Shown here piece by piece: positions 7,090 through 15,853 of a DNA stretch of 30,312 bases (positions are counted from its first letter, which is position 1; each line of letters starts with the position of its first letter). Location of the stretch: NCBI GenBank assembly GCA_038060895.1, contig JBBTCT010000043.1, forward strand, positions 1 to 30,312, read 5' to 3'. The notes beneath the pieces were generated by a model, which was not told where the DNA came from, ran no database searches, and was given only the letters and a program-made list of their open reading frames with translations. This DNA is from Planctomycetota bacterium (GTDB lineage: Bacteria; Planctomycetota; MHYJ01; WSZJ01). Position numbers and translations under genes: made by a program.

Positions 7090-9117
7090 CTACGCCGGGG
7101 CCGCCCCGAGCGACGGGCCACTCAGCCCCGTGGCGGGCCGCGGCTCCACGATCTTCACGTCCGCAACCTTGACCTCCGGCGTCGGAGCCGGCGGTCCTTT
7201 GCGGCCGTCATGCAGCGATTCGATCGCCGCGCCGTCCATCAGTCGCTTCACGTCGCTCGCGTCGAGGACCTCGTACTTGAGAAGCGCCTTGGCGATCCGC
7301 TCGACCTTCTCGCGGTTTTCCTTGAGGACCCGCTTCGCGTCGTCATAGCACTCGGTAATGATCTTCTTGACCTCGGCGTCGATGGCAACGGCCGTGGCCT
7401 CGGAAAAGCTGCGCGGGCGCGACTGGGGGCCAAGGAAGCCGGCGTCCTCGGATTCGCTGTAGTTGATGGGGCCCAGGTCGCTCATCCCCCACTCGCAGAC
7501 CATGCGCCGTGCCCACTCGGTCGCCTGCTTGAAATCGTTCTGGGCGCCCGCCGAAATGTCGCCGCAGAACTCTTCTTCGGCGAGTCGGCCGGCGAAGGCG
7601 ACTTTCAGCTGGGCCAGGAGATATCTCTTCTGGAAGTGCATCCGGTCTTTCTCGGGGAGGAACATGGTCGCGCCGCCCATGACGCCGCGCGGAATGATCG
7701 TGACCTTGTGAACGGGCTCCGCCTCTGGAAGCATCGCCGCGACCGCCGCGTGCCCGGCCTCGTGGTACGCCGTGATCTTCTTGTCGTCGAGATCCATGAC
7801 CTTCGATTTCTTCTGCCGGCCCCAGCGCACCTTGTCGCGCGCTTCTTCCAGGTCCTCGCCCTCGACGGATTCCTTCTTCTTCATGACCGCCACGAGCGCC
7901 GATTCGTTGATCAGCGCTTCGAGGTCAGCGCCGCTGAATCCCGGCGTTGTCTTCGCGACGACGGAAAGATCGACCTCGGGCGCAAGCCGGACTTTCTTCG
8001 AGTGCACCCGGAGGATTTCCTCGCGGCCCTTCACGTCCGGCAGGTCGAGCATGATTTCGCGGTCGAACCGGCCGGGGCGGAGGAGGGCGGGATCGAGGAC
8101 GTCGGGGCGGTTCGTGGCGGCGACGACGATCACGCTGTCGTCCGTGTCGAAGCCGTCCATCTCGACCAGGATCGCGTTGAGAGTCTGTTCGCGTTCCTCG
8201 TCGCCGCGGCCGAAGCCCGCGACGCCCCGGCGACGGCCGACGGCGTCGATTTCGTCGAGGAAGATGATCGCGGGGGCATTTTCCTTGGCCTGGCGGAACA
8301 GATCGCGGACGCGCGAAGCGCCGACGCCGACGAACATCTCGACGAAATCGGAGCCGCCGATCGCGTAGAACGGCACGTCCGCTTCGCCGGCGACGGCCTT
8401 GGCCATGAGCGTCTTGCCCGTGCCGGGCGCGCCGACCAGGAGGATCCCGCGCGGCATGCGGCCGCCGAGTTTCTGGAAGCGTGTCGGATCCTTGAGGAAC
8501 TCGACGACTTCCTTTACTTCTTCTTTCGCTTCGTCGCAACCGGCCACGTCGTCAAAGGTCACTTTGTCCCGGCCGCCCTTGGTCATCTTGGCCCGGCTCC
8601 GGCCGAACGCGAGGATCGATCCGGGCCCGGAGGAGCGCATCTGGCGGAAGAGAAGGAACCAGGCGACGACGAGGAGGATGATCCAGGGGCCGATGGTGAC
8701 GAGGAACTGCGTCAGCGGGCTCGGAGCGACGACTTCGAATTTCCGGTCCTTCGGGTCGCTGGGGGCCTTGGCGAGGTAGAGCGCCTTGAGCTGGTCGAGG
8801 TGCTGGTCGGTGGAGAAGTAGCCTTCGGGGTAGGTGACCTTGAAGGACTTCGACTTGTTTCCCTCGGCCGCGAATTCGCCGACGACGTCCCGACCGTCGA
8901 TCCGGATGTTCTTGATCTGCCCCTGCTTGAGCTTCTCCTCGAACTGGGCCGGGTCGAGCTTCTCGTCCCCGCCGCCGAGCGCGCCGCCGGAACTCGAAAT
9001 GTGCAGGACGATCAGGACGCCCGCGAAGAACAGCAGGAGAATGAGAAACCCCTTGGGTGGACGGAAACCCTGTTCTTGCGGCCGCTGCTTGGGCTTTTCC
9101 TGGTTTTCCATGTCCAT
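7090..9117 (-). CDS. ftsH: ATP-dependent zinc metalloprotease FtsH, ~675 aa (start ATG 9117 or 9111)
   Basis: Two TM helices, TFDDVAG, Walker A GAPGTGKT, pore motif FVEMFVG, Walker [30 protein letters not shown], zinc motif HEAGH. Start trimmed from 9246 because a promoter lies inside the extension. Confidence 0.97.
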   Translation of the reverse strand: MDMENQEKPKQRPQEQGFRPPKGFLILLLFFAGVLIVLHISSSGGALGGGDEKLDPAQFEEKLKQGQIKNIRIDGRDVVGEFAAEGNKSKSFKVTYPEGYFSTDQHLDQLKALYLAKAPSDPKDRKFEVVAPSPLTQFLVTIGPWIILLVVAWFLLFRQMRSSGPGSILAFGRSRAKMTKGGRDKVTFDDVAGCDEAKEEVKEVVEFLKDPTRFQKLGGRMPRGILLVGAPGTGKTLMAKAVAGEADVPFYAIGGSDFVEMFVGVGASRVRDLFRQAKENAPAIIFLDEIDAVGRRRGVAGFGRGDEEREQTLNAILVEMDGFDTDDSVIVVAATNRPDVLDPALLRPGRFDREIMLDLPDVKGREEILRVHSKKVRLAPEVDLSVVAKTTPGFSGADLEALINESALVAVMKKKESVEGEDLEEARDKVRWGRQKKSKVMDLDDKKITAYHEAGHAAVAAMLPEAEPVHKVTIIPRGVMGGATMFLPEKDRMHFQKRYLLAQLKVAFAGRLAEEEFCGDISAGAQNDFKQATEWARRMVCEWGMSDLGPINYSESEDAGFLGPQSRPRSFSEATAVAIDAEVKKIITECYDDAKRVLKENREKVERIAKALLKYEVLDASDVKRLMDGAAIESLHDGRKGPPAPTPEVKVADVKIVEPRPATGLSGPSLGAAPA

Positions 9118-9173
9118 GAAGGGAACGCGGGGGGGCGCGGTGCTATTCCGTGGAAGCGCGGCGCGGGGGGTCG

Positions 9174-9202
9174 ATTCTAACGGGGTTCGGCGCGATCGGC
9201 AA
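9174..9202 (-). promoter_or_regulatory. Putative sigma70 promoter of ftsH
   Basis: Minus strand reads TTGCCG (9202-9197), 17-nt spacer, TAGAAT (9179-9174). Confidence 0.65.
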
Positions 9203-9229
9203 CCGGCGGATGCGGATGGCCCCCGCGGC

Positions 9230-9727
9230 CTACCAACCCCCTTCAAGCCGGCTCACCACCCAGCGCGCAACCTTTTCAAACGCCTCCGCGCGCGCGGTTC
9301 CTTCATCCTCATCCCGCCCCGGCACGAGATACCCAACTTCTCTCCGGTCCCCCTCGTACACAACGCTTCCGTCGCGGCGCCTGATTTTCAACCGGACTTT
9401 GATCGTCACATCGCTGACCAGCGGCCGGTCCGACTCGTCCGCCACGAGAAACGGCGTCTCGTAATCGACGATCTCGACGGTCGCCGTAAGATCCGCGTCC
9501 CCCTCCGGCAACAGGTCGTACTCCGTGCGCGCCAGCAGCATGTCGCGGATCTGCTGGGCCAGGTCGATCTCGTGCCCCCCGTAGCCGAATTCATTGCCGC
9601 GGCGAAGCGTCAGGTTTGCGGGAATCGAAAGGGCGACCGAGTGGGCGCCGTCGATCGTGGGCTCGCCGAGCCGGTAGTTGCAGCCGGCAATGGCGAGCAG
9701 GATCGTCACGGAGGCGATGGGTCTCAC
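9230..9727 (-). CDS. lptE: LptE-family LPS-assembly lipoprotein
   Basis: Lipobox IAGC followed by NYRLG; NLTLRRG motif; LptE-like size and end (AFEKVARWVVSRLEGGW); GTGA overlap with the bamD-like gene. Confidence 0.7.
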   Translation of the reverse strand: MRPIASVTILLAIAGCNYRLGEPTIDGAHSVALSIPANLTLRRGNEFGYGGHEIDLAQQIRDMLLARTEYDLLPEGDADLTATVEIVDYETPFLVADESDRPLVSDVTIKVRLKIRRRDGSVVYEGDRREVGYLVPGRDEDEGTARAEAFEKVARWVVSRLEGGW

Positions 9728-10689
9728 TTTGCGTCCATTTCCCGCTCCTGCGGCTTGAGCTTCTTCACTTTCTCTTCCATCGACGGGATTTCCTCCCGCG
9801 CCTTTTCGGCCCAGCTGGTCCGGGGAAAGCGGCCGGCGATTTCCTTCAGGTAGTACAGAGACGATCTCCAGCGCCGCAGGTGCGCGTAGTGCTTGTAGGT
9901 CAGCCAGTCCTTCTCGGCCTGCAACTCGTCGAGGTCTCCCAGGCGCGCCTTTGCTTCTTCCGTCTTGTCGCCCTCCGGGTAGTCATCCAGGTACCGCCGG
10001 AACTCGCGCCGCGAATCGGCCAGGGGCTGCGGGTCGTACGGCATCCCCCCGAATTGCGAAAGATGGGCCTCGCCCTTGCGGAAGCGGGCCGTCGGGGTCC
10101 ACGGCGAGTCCGGGAAATCCGTCAGGAGAAACTCGTACTCGATCACGGACTCCTCGTACTTGTCGGCCTCGAGCAGCGCCGCCGCAAAACGCAGACGCGC
10201 GCTCGCAGACCAGTCTTCGTAAGGGTACGCCGTCAGCAGTTCGCGGCCTCTTTTCGCCGCCCACTGCGAACCTCGCACGAGCCCGAAGAAGTCGAATCCG
10301 ATCCCCTTGCGCACGCCCATGATGCAGGCTTCGACCTGGAAGCGGATCGCGCGCAGGCGCTCGGCGTGGGTCTCGGCGAGCGCGATGAACTTGTCGTAGG
10401 CCTCGATGGCGGGCAGCCAGTCCTTGATGAGCACCAGCGCGTCGCCGCACCGCAGCCACGCCAGTCGCCGCACCGCCGTGTCGTCGGCGGCCGCCTCCGC
10501 CAGCATCCGGTATCTCGCCGCTGCGCGGCTGAACTCCCCCGCCGCGGCGAGCTCGTCCGCGGTCTGCGGTGACTCGGGCGCGGTGACCGCCTGATCCTCC
10601 ACGAACCCCTCATCGGCATCCCACTTCCAGCCGGCGGAAGCGGGGAGCGCCAGGGAAAGGGCGAGGGCGGCATAGGCGAGACGCTTCAT
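9724..10689 (-). CDS. bamD: Outer-membrane protein assembly factor BamD-like TPR protein, ~321 aa
   Basis: Signal peptide MKRLAYAALALSLALPASA; TPR helices with YEFLLTDFPDS, YDPQP..REFRRYLDDYP, QAEKDW..YLKEIAGRFPRT. Start chosen at ATG 10689. Confidence 0.78.
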   Translation of the reverse strand: MKRLAYAALALSLALPASAGWKWDADEGFVEDQAVTAPESPQTADELAAAGEFSRAAARYRMLAEAAADDTAVRRLAWLRCGDALVLIKDWLPAIEAYDKFIALAETHAERLRAIRFQVEACIMGVRKGIGFDFFGLVRGSQWAAKRGRELLTAYPYEDWSASARLRFAAALLEADKYEESVIEYEFLLTDFPDSPWTPTARFRKGEAHLSQFGGMPYDPQPLADSRREFRRYLDDYPEGDKTEEAKARLGDLDELQAEKDWLTYKHYAHLRRWRSSLYYLKEIAGRFPRTSWAEKAREEIPSMEEKVKKLKPQEREMDAK

Positions 10690-10696
10690 CCCGGGC

Positions 10697-10724
10697 AGTC
10701 TAGGGCACGCCCGGGAGAAGGCAA
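10697..10724 (-). promoter_or_regulatory. Putative sigma70 promoter of bamD-lptE, predicting a leaderless mRNA
   Basis: Minus strand reads TTGCCT-N16-TAGACT-N7-ATG with no SD. Confidence 0.55.
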
Positions 10725-10748
10725 AGGAGTGGAATGGCCAGGGCGGCT

Positions 10749-11285
10749 TCAATCCAGTCTTCGGAAACGCAGCTCCGCTTCCCCGTCGCGGAGGATCAGG
10801 GCCGGTCCGTCCCATGCGATCGTCCAGACCCGCTCGCGGCCGTCGCTCAGCTTCACGGAGACACGGCCTTCCGCGAGCGACCACGTCCCGTCGAGGGACT
10901 CGAAGCGCTTCTTGCCATCGACGTCGAGAAGCATGGAACCGCACCACGCGCCGTTCGCGCTGAACTCCATGTCAACGCGGCGGACCGGGGCGGAGCCTGG
11001 GCCCGAGGCAGAAGTCGAGGTCCAGGAACCGGGGAGTTCCTGGCGTGGGGGGACTGCGGGGGCGACGGGCTCGGGATCAGGAGGTTTCGCAACCACGGGG
11101 TCCGGCGGCGCGGGCGAAGGAACCGCGGGCTCTTCTTTCGCCTCCGTCGGGCCCGGGTCCGCGGCCTCCTCGGGCGGAGCTTCAGGAGCTTCGGGGGGAG
11201 GCTTCTTTTCAAAGGAAGCGCAGCCCGCGAGGAGGAAGGCGACGGCCACGAGTCTGGCGCAGAGTGCAGCGCGTAAGCGGATCAC
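10749..11285 (-). CDS. Lipoprotein with Pro-rich linker and C-terminal lipocalin-like beta-domain, ~178 aa
   Basis: Lipobox LAGC; ~55-aa Pro/Glu/Ala-rich stretch; then LPGSW..FSANG..GTWSL..LILR..FRR, a pattern resembling lipocalin-like domains; GTG start overlaps the upstream stop (GTGA). Confidence 0.7.
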   Translation of the reverse strand: MIRLRAALCARLVAVAFLLAGCASFEKKPPPEAPEAPPEEAADPGPTEAKEEPAVPSPAPPDPVVAKPPDPEPVAPAVPPRQELPGSWTSTSASGPGSAPVRRVDMEFSANGAWCGSMLLDVDGKKRFESLDGTWSLAEGRVSVKLSDGRERVWTIAWDGPALILRDGEAELRFRRLD

Positions 11286-12199
11286 TTGCGCCCTCCCTTC
11301 GCCGGCTCCGCCCACACCTCGAACCAGATGCGAATCTCGTCCTCGACGTTGATCATCCCCATTTTCGACGGCGGCTTGATGCCGAAGTCCGTCATCCTCG
11401 CCTTGATTTCGCCCTTCACGTAGACGAACCCGTCGCGGCGCACTTTGAGCGTGCAGGCGATCTCGATCTCTTTCTTCACGCCGTGAATCTCGATCGAGCC
11501 CTTCATGTCCATCGCTTCCTCGCCGGTCATCTTCAGCGAGGCGAGTTCGAACTTCATGTCCGGGAATTTCGCGGACTCGAGGTGCAGCTCGTGCATTTCC
11601 TTGTCGCGATCGGCGTCGCCGGTGTCGAGCTTGCGGGCGTCGATCGTGCAGGCGGCCTTCGCGGTCTCGGCGAGACGGCCTTTCTCGTACTCGATCGAGC
11701 CCGTGACGGATCTCGTCCAGCCGGAGAAGTCATGAAGCGTCGATTTCCCGTCGAAGCCGGCGACGCAGCGGTCTTTCATGAACGTCAGCTTCGCCATCGT
11801 TGGATGTGGCGCCGGCTTCGGTTCGGGCCTGGGAGCGGGGGCCGGCTCCGGTTTCGGCTCGGGCCTTGGTTCCGGCGCACGTTCGGCGGAGCCGGTGTGG
11901 AAGCCGAAGAATTCGGGGCCGCGGTCCGGGGGCTTCGCGGGCGCAGCGTCGGGCGGCTTCACTTCAACCGCCGGTTTCACTTCTTCCGGCACCGTGGCCG
12001 GCGCCGGTTCGATTCCCTCTGGCGGCTCTTCGGGTGGCGCAAGCGATCCGCCTCCCGGCGGACCCGATACGTCGGGGCGAGGCCGCGGCGGCGGATTCAT
12101 TTTCTTCCATGCAGCGATCCCGCCGCCGGCTCCGGCCAGCGTTCCCAACCCGACGAGGGCCAGCGACCGGACCACCGTGAGGAGCTTTGGCGACATCAC
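11282..12199 (-). CDS. YceI-family (polyisoprenoid-binding) protein with N-terminal membrane anchor and Pro-rich stalk
   Basis: C-terminal YceI motifs KSTLHDFSG, LDTGDADRDKEM, LESAKFPDMKF, GSIEIHGVKK, MTDFGIKPP; hydrophobic N-terminus followed by WKK; SD AAGGGAG and TAGAAT -10 (12224-12219) upstream. Confidence 0.88.
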   Translation of the reverse strand: MMSPKLLTVVRSLALVGLGTLAGAGGGIAAWKKMNPPPRPRPDVSGPPGGGSLAPPEEPPEGIEPAPATVPEEVKPAVEVKPPDAAPAKPPDRGPEFFGFHTGSAERAPEPRPEPKPEPAPAPRPEPKPAPHPTMAKLTFMKDRCVAGFDGKSTLHDFSGWTRSVTGSIEYEKGRLAETAKAACTIDARKLDTGDADRDKEMHELHLESAKFPDMKFELASLKMTGEEAMDMKGSIEIHGVKKEIEIACTLKVRRDGFVYVKGEIKARMTDFGIKPPSKMGMINVEDEIRIWFEVWAEPAKGGRK

Positions 12200-12319
12200 G
12201 TTCTCCCTTCAGCACTCCATTCTACGCCGCCCCGACCCGCCCCGGTGAATTTCCAAAACCGCGCTTCAGGAGAAATTCTCCGCTATCCTGCGCGGCCCTA
12301 CTTCCATCGGGAATCATCC

Positions 12320-14365
12320 ATGCCCACCGCCGTCCGCATCGACGACCTCTACCGCATCGCCCAGCCCTCGTCCTGCCGGCTCTCCCCGGACGGATCCCGG
12401 GCCGTCGCCGCCGTCTCGCAACCCGATCGCGAACAGCTGAAAAACGTCTCGCACCTCTGGATGTGCGACGTCGCCGGCAAGAGGAAGCCTTTCCAGTTCA
12501 CGCACGGAAAGGCGAGCGAGTCGTCGCCCAAGTGGTCCCCCGACGGACGCGCGATCGCGTTCCTTTCGGCGCGAAGCGGGAAGTCCGAGATCTGGCTGAT
12601 TCCCGCCGACGGGGGCGAAGCGCGCCAGCTGACGAAGCTCGGCGGATCGATCTCCGAATTCGAGTGGTCGCCGAACGGGAAGAAACTGGCGGTGATCTTC
12701 ACGGCGCAGGACGAGGAGGCGAAGAAGCGCGAGGAGATGAAGAAGCGGGGCGAGCCGGGGCAGGAGACCCCGAAGGTCCGCGAGATCTCGCGGCTCTTTT
12801 ACAAACTCGACGGCGCGGGATTCCTCCCCGAAGCCCGGTCCCACCTCTGGGTCGTGGAAGTTGCGAGCGGGAAGGGGAAGCAGCTCGTCCGGGACGGGAA
12901 GTACTCGGAAGGCGACCCCTGCTGGGCGCCGGACAGCCGCTCCCTCTATTTCACCTCCAACCGTTCCGCCGATCCCGAGCGCGACCTCGACCGCAACGAC
13001 ATCTGGCGGATCTCCGCGGGAGGCGGCCGCTTCGTGAAGATCCGGAAATTCGCCGGCGGCGCTTCGAACATCAGCGTCAGTCCGGACGGGAAGTGGATCG
13101 CGTTCCTCGGGCAGCCGGACCCTGACGCGCGCTGGAATTCGGTGCATACGAAATTGTGGCTGATCCCGTCGACGGGCGGGAAGCCCTCGCTGCTGACGAG
13201 CGGGCTCGACCTGTCGATTTCGAACAGCGCGATCAGCGACACGTTCGGGATTCCGCCGACGCCGCGGCCGTCGTGGAGCCCTGACTCGAGAGAACTCGCG
13301 TTCGTTCTCGTGAACGAGGGAACGGCGGAGATCTGGCGAGTGGACATTGCGAAACGAAAGCCGGAACCCCTCTTCCAGCCCACCGGCGTCCCCATCGACT
13401 GGGACGTCGACTGGCGCCACCGCCGCATCGTTTCCGCCTTCTCGAACTTTGAGACCCCGGGCGAAATCGGCGTGGTCGGGTTCCCGGGAAGCGGCGAGCC
13501 GCGGCGCGTGCTCACGTCGCTGAACACGAAGCTCATGTCCTCGCGGCAGGTGGCGCTTCCGCGCGAAGTCTGGTCGCGGACGCGCAAGGGCCACGAAACG
13601 CAGGGCTGGATCCTGCTGCCGCCAGGGCTCCGCAAGGGGCAGAAGTGTCCCGCGGTTCTCTACATACACGGCGGCCCCGCCACGCAGTACTCGAAGGTGT
13701 ACTTCAACGAGTTCCAGGTGCTCGCGGCGAAGGGCTTCGCGGTGATCTATTGCAACCCGCGCTGCTCGACGGGCTACTCCGAGAAACACCTGAGCGCCTG
13801 CGCCGGCAACTGGGGAACGCTCGACTACGACGACCTCATGGCGTTCACCGACGAGTGCCTCCGCCTCGAGCCGCGCCTCGACCGCCGCCGCCTCGGCTGC
13901 GCGGGCGGCTCCTACGGCGGCTTCATGGTGAACTGGATCGTCGGCCACACCGATCGCTTCAAGGCCGGCGTCTCCTCGCGCGGCATTTCAAATTTCCTCT
14001 CGTTCGTCGGCTCGAGCGACTTTGGCTTTGCGTGGCCGAAGGGCTGCTACGGCGAGGACAATGCGTGGGCGAATCCAAAGAAGTACCTGGCGATGAGCCC
14101 GCTCACGTACCTGAAGAACATGAAGACGCCGGTCCTGATCGAGCACCAGGAAGAGGACCATCGATGCCCGATGGAGCAGGCGGAGCAGATGTGGGCGTCG
14201 CTGAAGTGGAAGGGGGTGCCGTGCGAGTTCGTGAGGTACCCGCAGGAGCCGCATGGCATGTCGAGAAGTGGCCGCCCTGACCGGCGAGTGGACCGCCTTG
14301 AACGGATTGTGGCGTGGTTCGAGCGCTGGCTTACTCAGAAGTTCGGCGCACGACGAGCACGGTAA
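12320..14365 (+). CDS. S9 family (acylaminoacyl/dipeptidyl aminopeptidase-like) serine peptidase, ~681 aa
   Basis: WSPDG-type propeller repeats; IHGGP; nucleophile motif GGSYGG; Asp in EDHRCP; His in EPHG. True start at ATG 12320, since the longer ORF overlaps two real genes. Confidence 0.93.
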   Translation: MPTAVRIDDLYRIAQPSSCRLSPDGSRAVAAVSQPDREQLKNVSHLWMCDVAGKRKPFQFTHGKASESSPKWSPDGRAIAFLSARSGKSEIWLIPADGGEARQLTKLGGSISEFEWSPNGKKLAVIFTAQDEEAKKREEMKKRGEPGQETPKVREISRLFYKLDGAGFLPEARSHLWVVEVASGKGKQLVRDGKYSEGDPCWAPDSRSLYFTSNRSADPERDLDRNDIWRISAGGGRFVKIRKFAGGASNISVSPDGKWIAFLGQPDPDARWNSVHTKLWLIPSTGGKPSLLTSGLDLSISNSAISDTFGIPPTPRPSWSPDSRELAFVLVNEGTAEIWRVDIAKRKPEPLFQPTGVPIDWDVDWRHRRIVSAFSNFETPGEIGVVGFPGSGEPRRVLTSLNTKLMSSRQVALPREVWSRTRKGHETQGWILLPPGLRKGQKCPAVLYIHGGPATQYSKVYFNEFQVLAAKGFAVIYCNPRCSTGYSEKHLSACAGNWGTLDYDDLMAFTDECLRLEPRLDRRRLGCAGGSYGGFMVNWIVGHTDRFKAGVSSRGISNFLSFVGSSDFGFAWPKGCYGEDNAWANPKKYLAMSPLTYLKNMKTPVLIEHQEEDHRCPMEQAEQMWASLKWKGVPCEFVRYPQEPHGMSRSGRPDRRVDRLERIVAWFERWLTQKFGARRAR

Positions 14366-15653
14366 TGTCATCACTGGCCGGCGCGTCGCCTCGATAATAA
14401 AGCACGCTGTCGACGATGCCCTGTGCGAGCTCGGCGGCACTGGCCGCCCCATTCGCCTTCACCGCCTTGTGCAGCCGCTTGTCCCCATACTCCTCGTTCT
14501 TGATGTCCATCGCTTCGTTCACGCCGTCCGTGAAGAACACCAGCTGCTCCCCGGGAGCGAGCGTCAGCTGGATGTCCCGAAGCGTCCGCACGAAAATCGG
14601 TCCCTTCACGAGGCCGATCGCGCCGCCCGCCACGTCGAGAGTGGAGACGAAAGGATTTCCGTCCACGACGGACCAATGAAGCGGGGGCAGGTGCCCCGCG
14701 TTGACGACGGAAACCGTTCCGGTCTCGGGGTCGAGCAGCCCGCACGCCAGCGAAATGAAGATGCCGCCCGGCAGGTCGCGCGAGATCCGCTCCGCCGCCT
14801 GGATCACCAGCTGCCGCGCGTCCGTCGCGCCGGGGGCCACGGAGTGGAACACCGTCCGCGCCATCACCATCACCATCGCCGCGCTGATTCCTTTTCCCGA
14901 TACGTCCGCGACCAGCATGGCAATGCGCCCGTCGGGAAGCGTAATGACGTCGTAGTAATCGCCGCCGACGTCTTCTGCGGGCAGATACTGCGCGGCAATC
15001 TCGAACCCCTCAGGCTGCGGAATGGTCTCGGGCAGCAGCCGGCTCTGGATTTCCCGCGCGCGATCCATTTCATGCGCCATCTTCGCCTTGTGCCGCTTCG
15101 ACCCCGTCTCCTCCGCCTCCTCGCGATCGGCCTCGGCCTTGGCCGCGGCGGCGTGGGGCAGGAGCGAACTGTTCTCGCGCGACTCCTTCTTTGTAATCCC
15201 CTCCGGCCGGTGCGCGATCATGATCCCTGTGGACGGCCGCGGGGGCGCGACGGGCGGCGGCGCGGGAAGTGCGCAGATCGCGTCGCCCAGGTCCTTGGCC
15301 TGAAGCGGCGCCGGGGCGAACGCGAGTCCCGGGTAGGCTATCGCCGACTTCGATTTCCCCACCGTGGCGTCCCATGCCGTCAGGATCATCGGGACGGGAA
15401 AACCCTCGCGACGAAGCCGGTCGAGAAAGACCGTCGCCTCCGGCCCGCGAAACCCGAGGTCCACGACAATCGCGCGCCAGTGAAGCCGGGCGAGCAGCGC
15501 TTCGAAAAGCGCTTCAATCGATTCCAGCGGATGGGGGATGTACCCGGCCTTGCGAATCACGGACACCCACGCCATGCGCACGGCAACGTCCTCCTGCACG
15601 ATGAGGACGTCCGTCGCGTCGGTGAGAGCGAAAAGGGTGTCGATGTCTGACAT
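14331..15653 (-). CDS. SpoIIE/RsbU-type PP2C phosphatase with N-terminal degenerate receiver domain, ~440 aa
   Basis: AREIQSRLLP, VGGDYYD, ADVSGKG, NAGH, FTDGVNEA, DDITV; N-terminus VLIVQED..IVVDL..MILTA; TAGAAT -10 at 15686-15681. Confidence 0.9.
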   Translation of the reverse strand: MSDIDTLFALTDATDVLIVQEDVAVRMAWVSVIRKAGYIPHPLESIEALFEALLARLHWRAIVVDLGFRGPEATVFLDRLRREGFPVPMILTAWDATVGKSKSAIAYPGLAFAPAPLQAKDLGDAICALPAPPPVAPPRPSTGIMIAHRPEGITKKESRENSSLLPHAAAAKAEADREEAEETGSKRHKAKMAHEMDRAREIQSRLLPETIPQPEGFEIAAQYLPAEDVGGDYYDVITLPDGRIAMLVADVSGKGISAAMVMVMARTVFHSVAPGATDARQLVIQAAERISRDLPGGIFISLACGLLDPETGTVSVVNAGHLPPLHWSVVDGNPFVSTLDVAGGAIGLVKGPIFVRTLRDIQLTLAPGEQLVFFTDGVNEAMDIKNEEYGDKRLHKAVKANGAASAAELAQGIVDSVLYYRGDAPASDDITVLVVRRTSE

Positions 15654-15853
15654 GGGCTTTGGGAGCACGGGTGGGGCGGGATTCTACCGGAAGGGGGGCC
15701 GGGGTGTGCAAGTCCCTGGAGGGGCGGCGACGGCCGGGACCCTGTCCGTTCAGTTCTTCGACCAAACAGCGCGCTAACTTGCACCGGCGGGCCGGAGAGC
15801 AATTAGCGGAACCGCCGCTCCCCCGGGTGGTTCATAATCGCGACCGGTTCCCC

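Noticed and set aside
7053-7090. Imperfect stem-loop after ftsH as an intrinsic terminator
   Set aside because: The stem has several G-U pairs, a large loop and no U-tract on the coding strand, so it is not distinguishable from chance in GC-rich DNA.
6748-9180. 810-aa plus-strand ORF, and similar long ORFs such as 922-2364, 5837-7348, 12314-13948, 18338-20023, 24365-26071 and 27086-28702
   Set aside because: They are antisense or out-of-frame shadows of well-supported genes. They are Arg/Pro/Gly-rich, lack motifs, and are expected at this GC content.
9118-9246. N-terminal extensions in the ORF track for ftsH (also bamD, the WD40 gene, rlmI, lptG and the kinase)
   Set aside because: The extensions overlap neighbouring genes or contain promoter-like motifs; signal peptides or family starts begin at the downstream codons chosen.
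11045-12319. 425-aa N-terminal extension making the S9 peptidase 1106 aa
   Set aside because: It lies antisense to the YceI and lipoprotein genes; the family-like sequence starts at ATG 12320.
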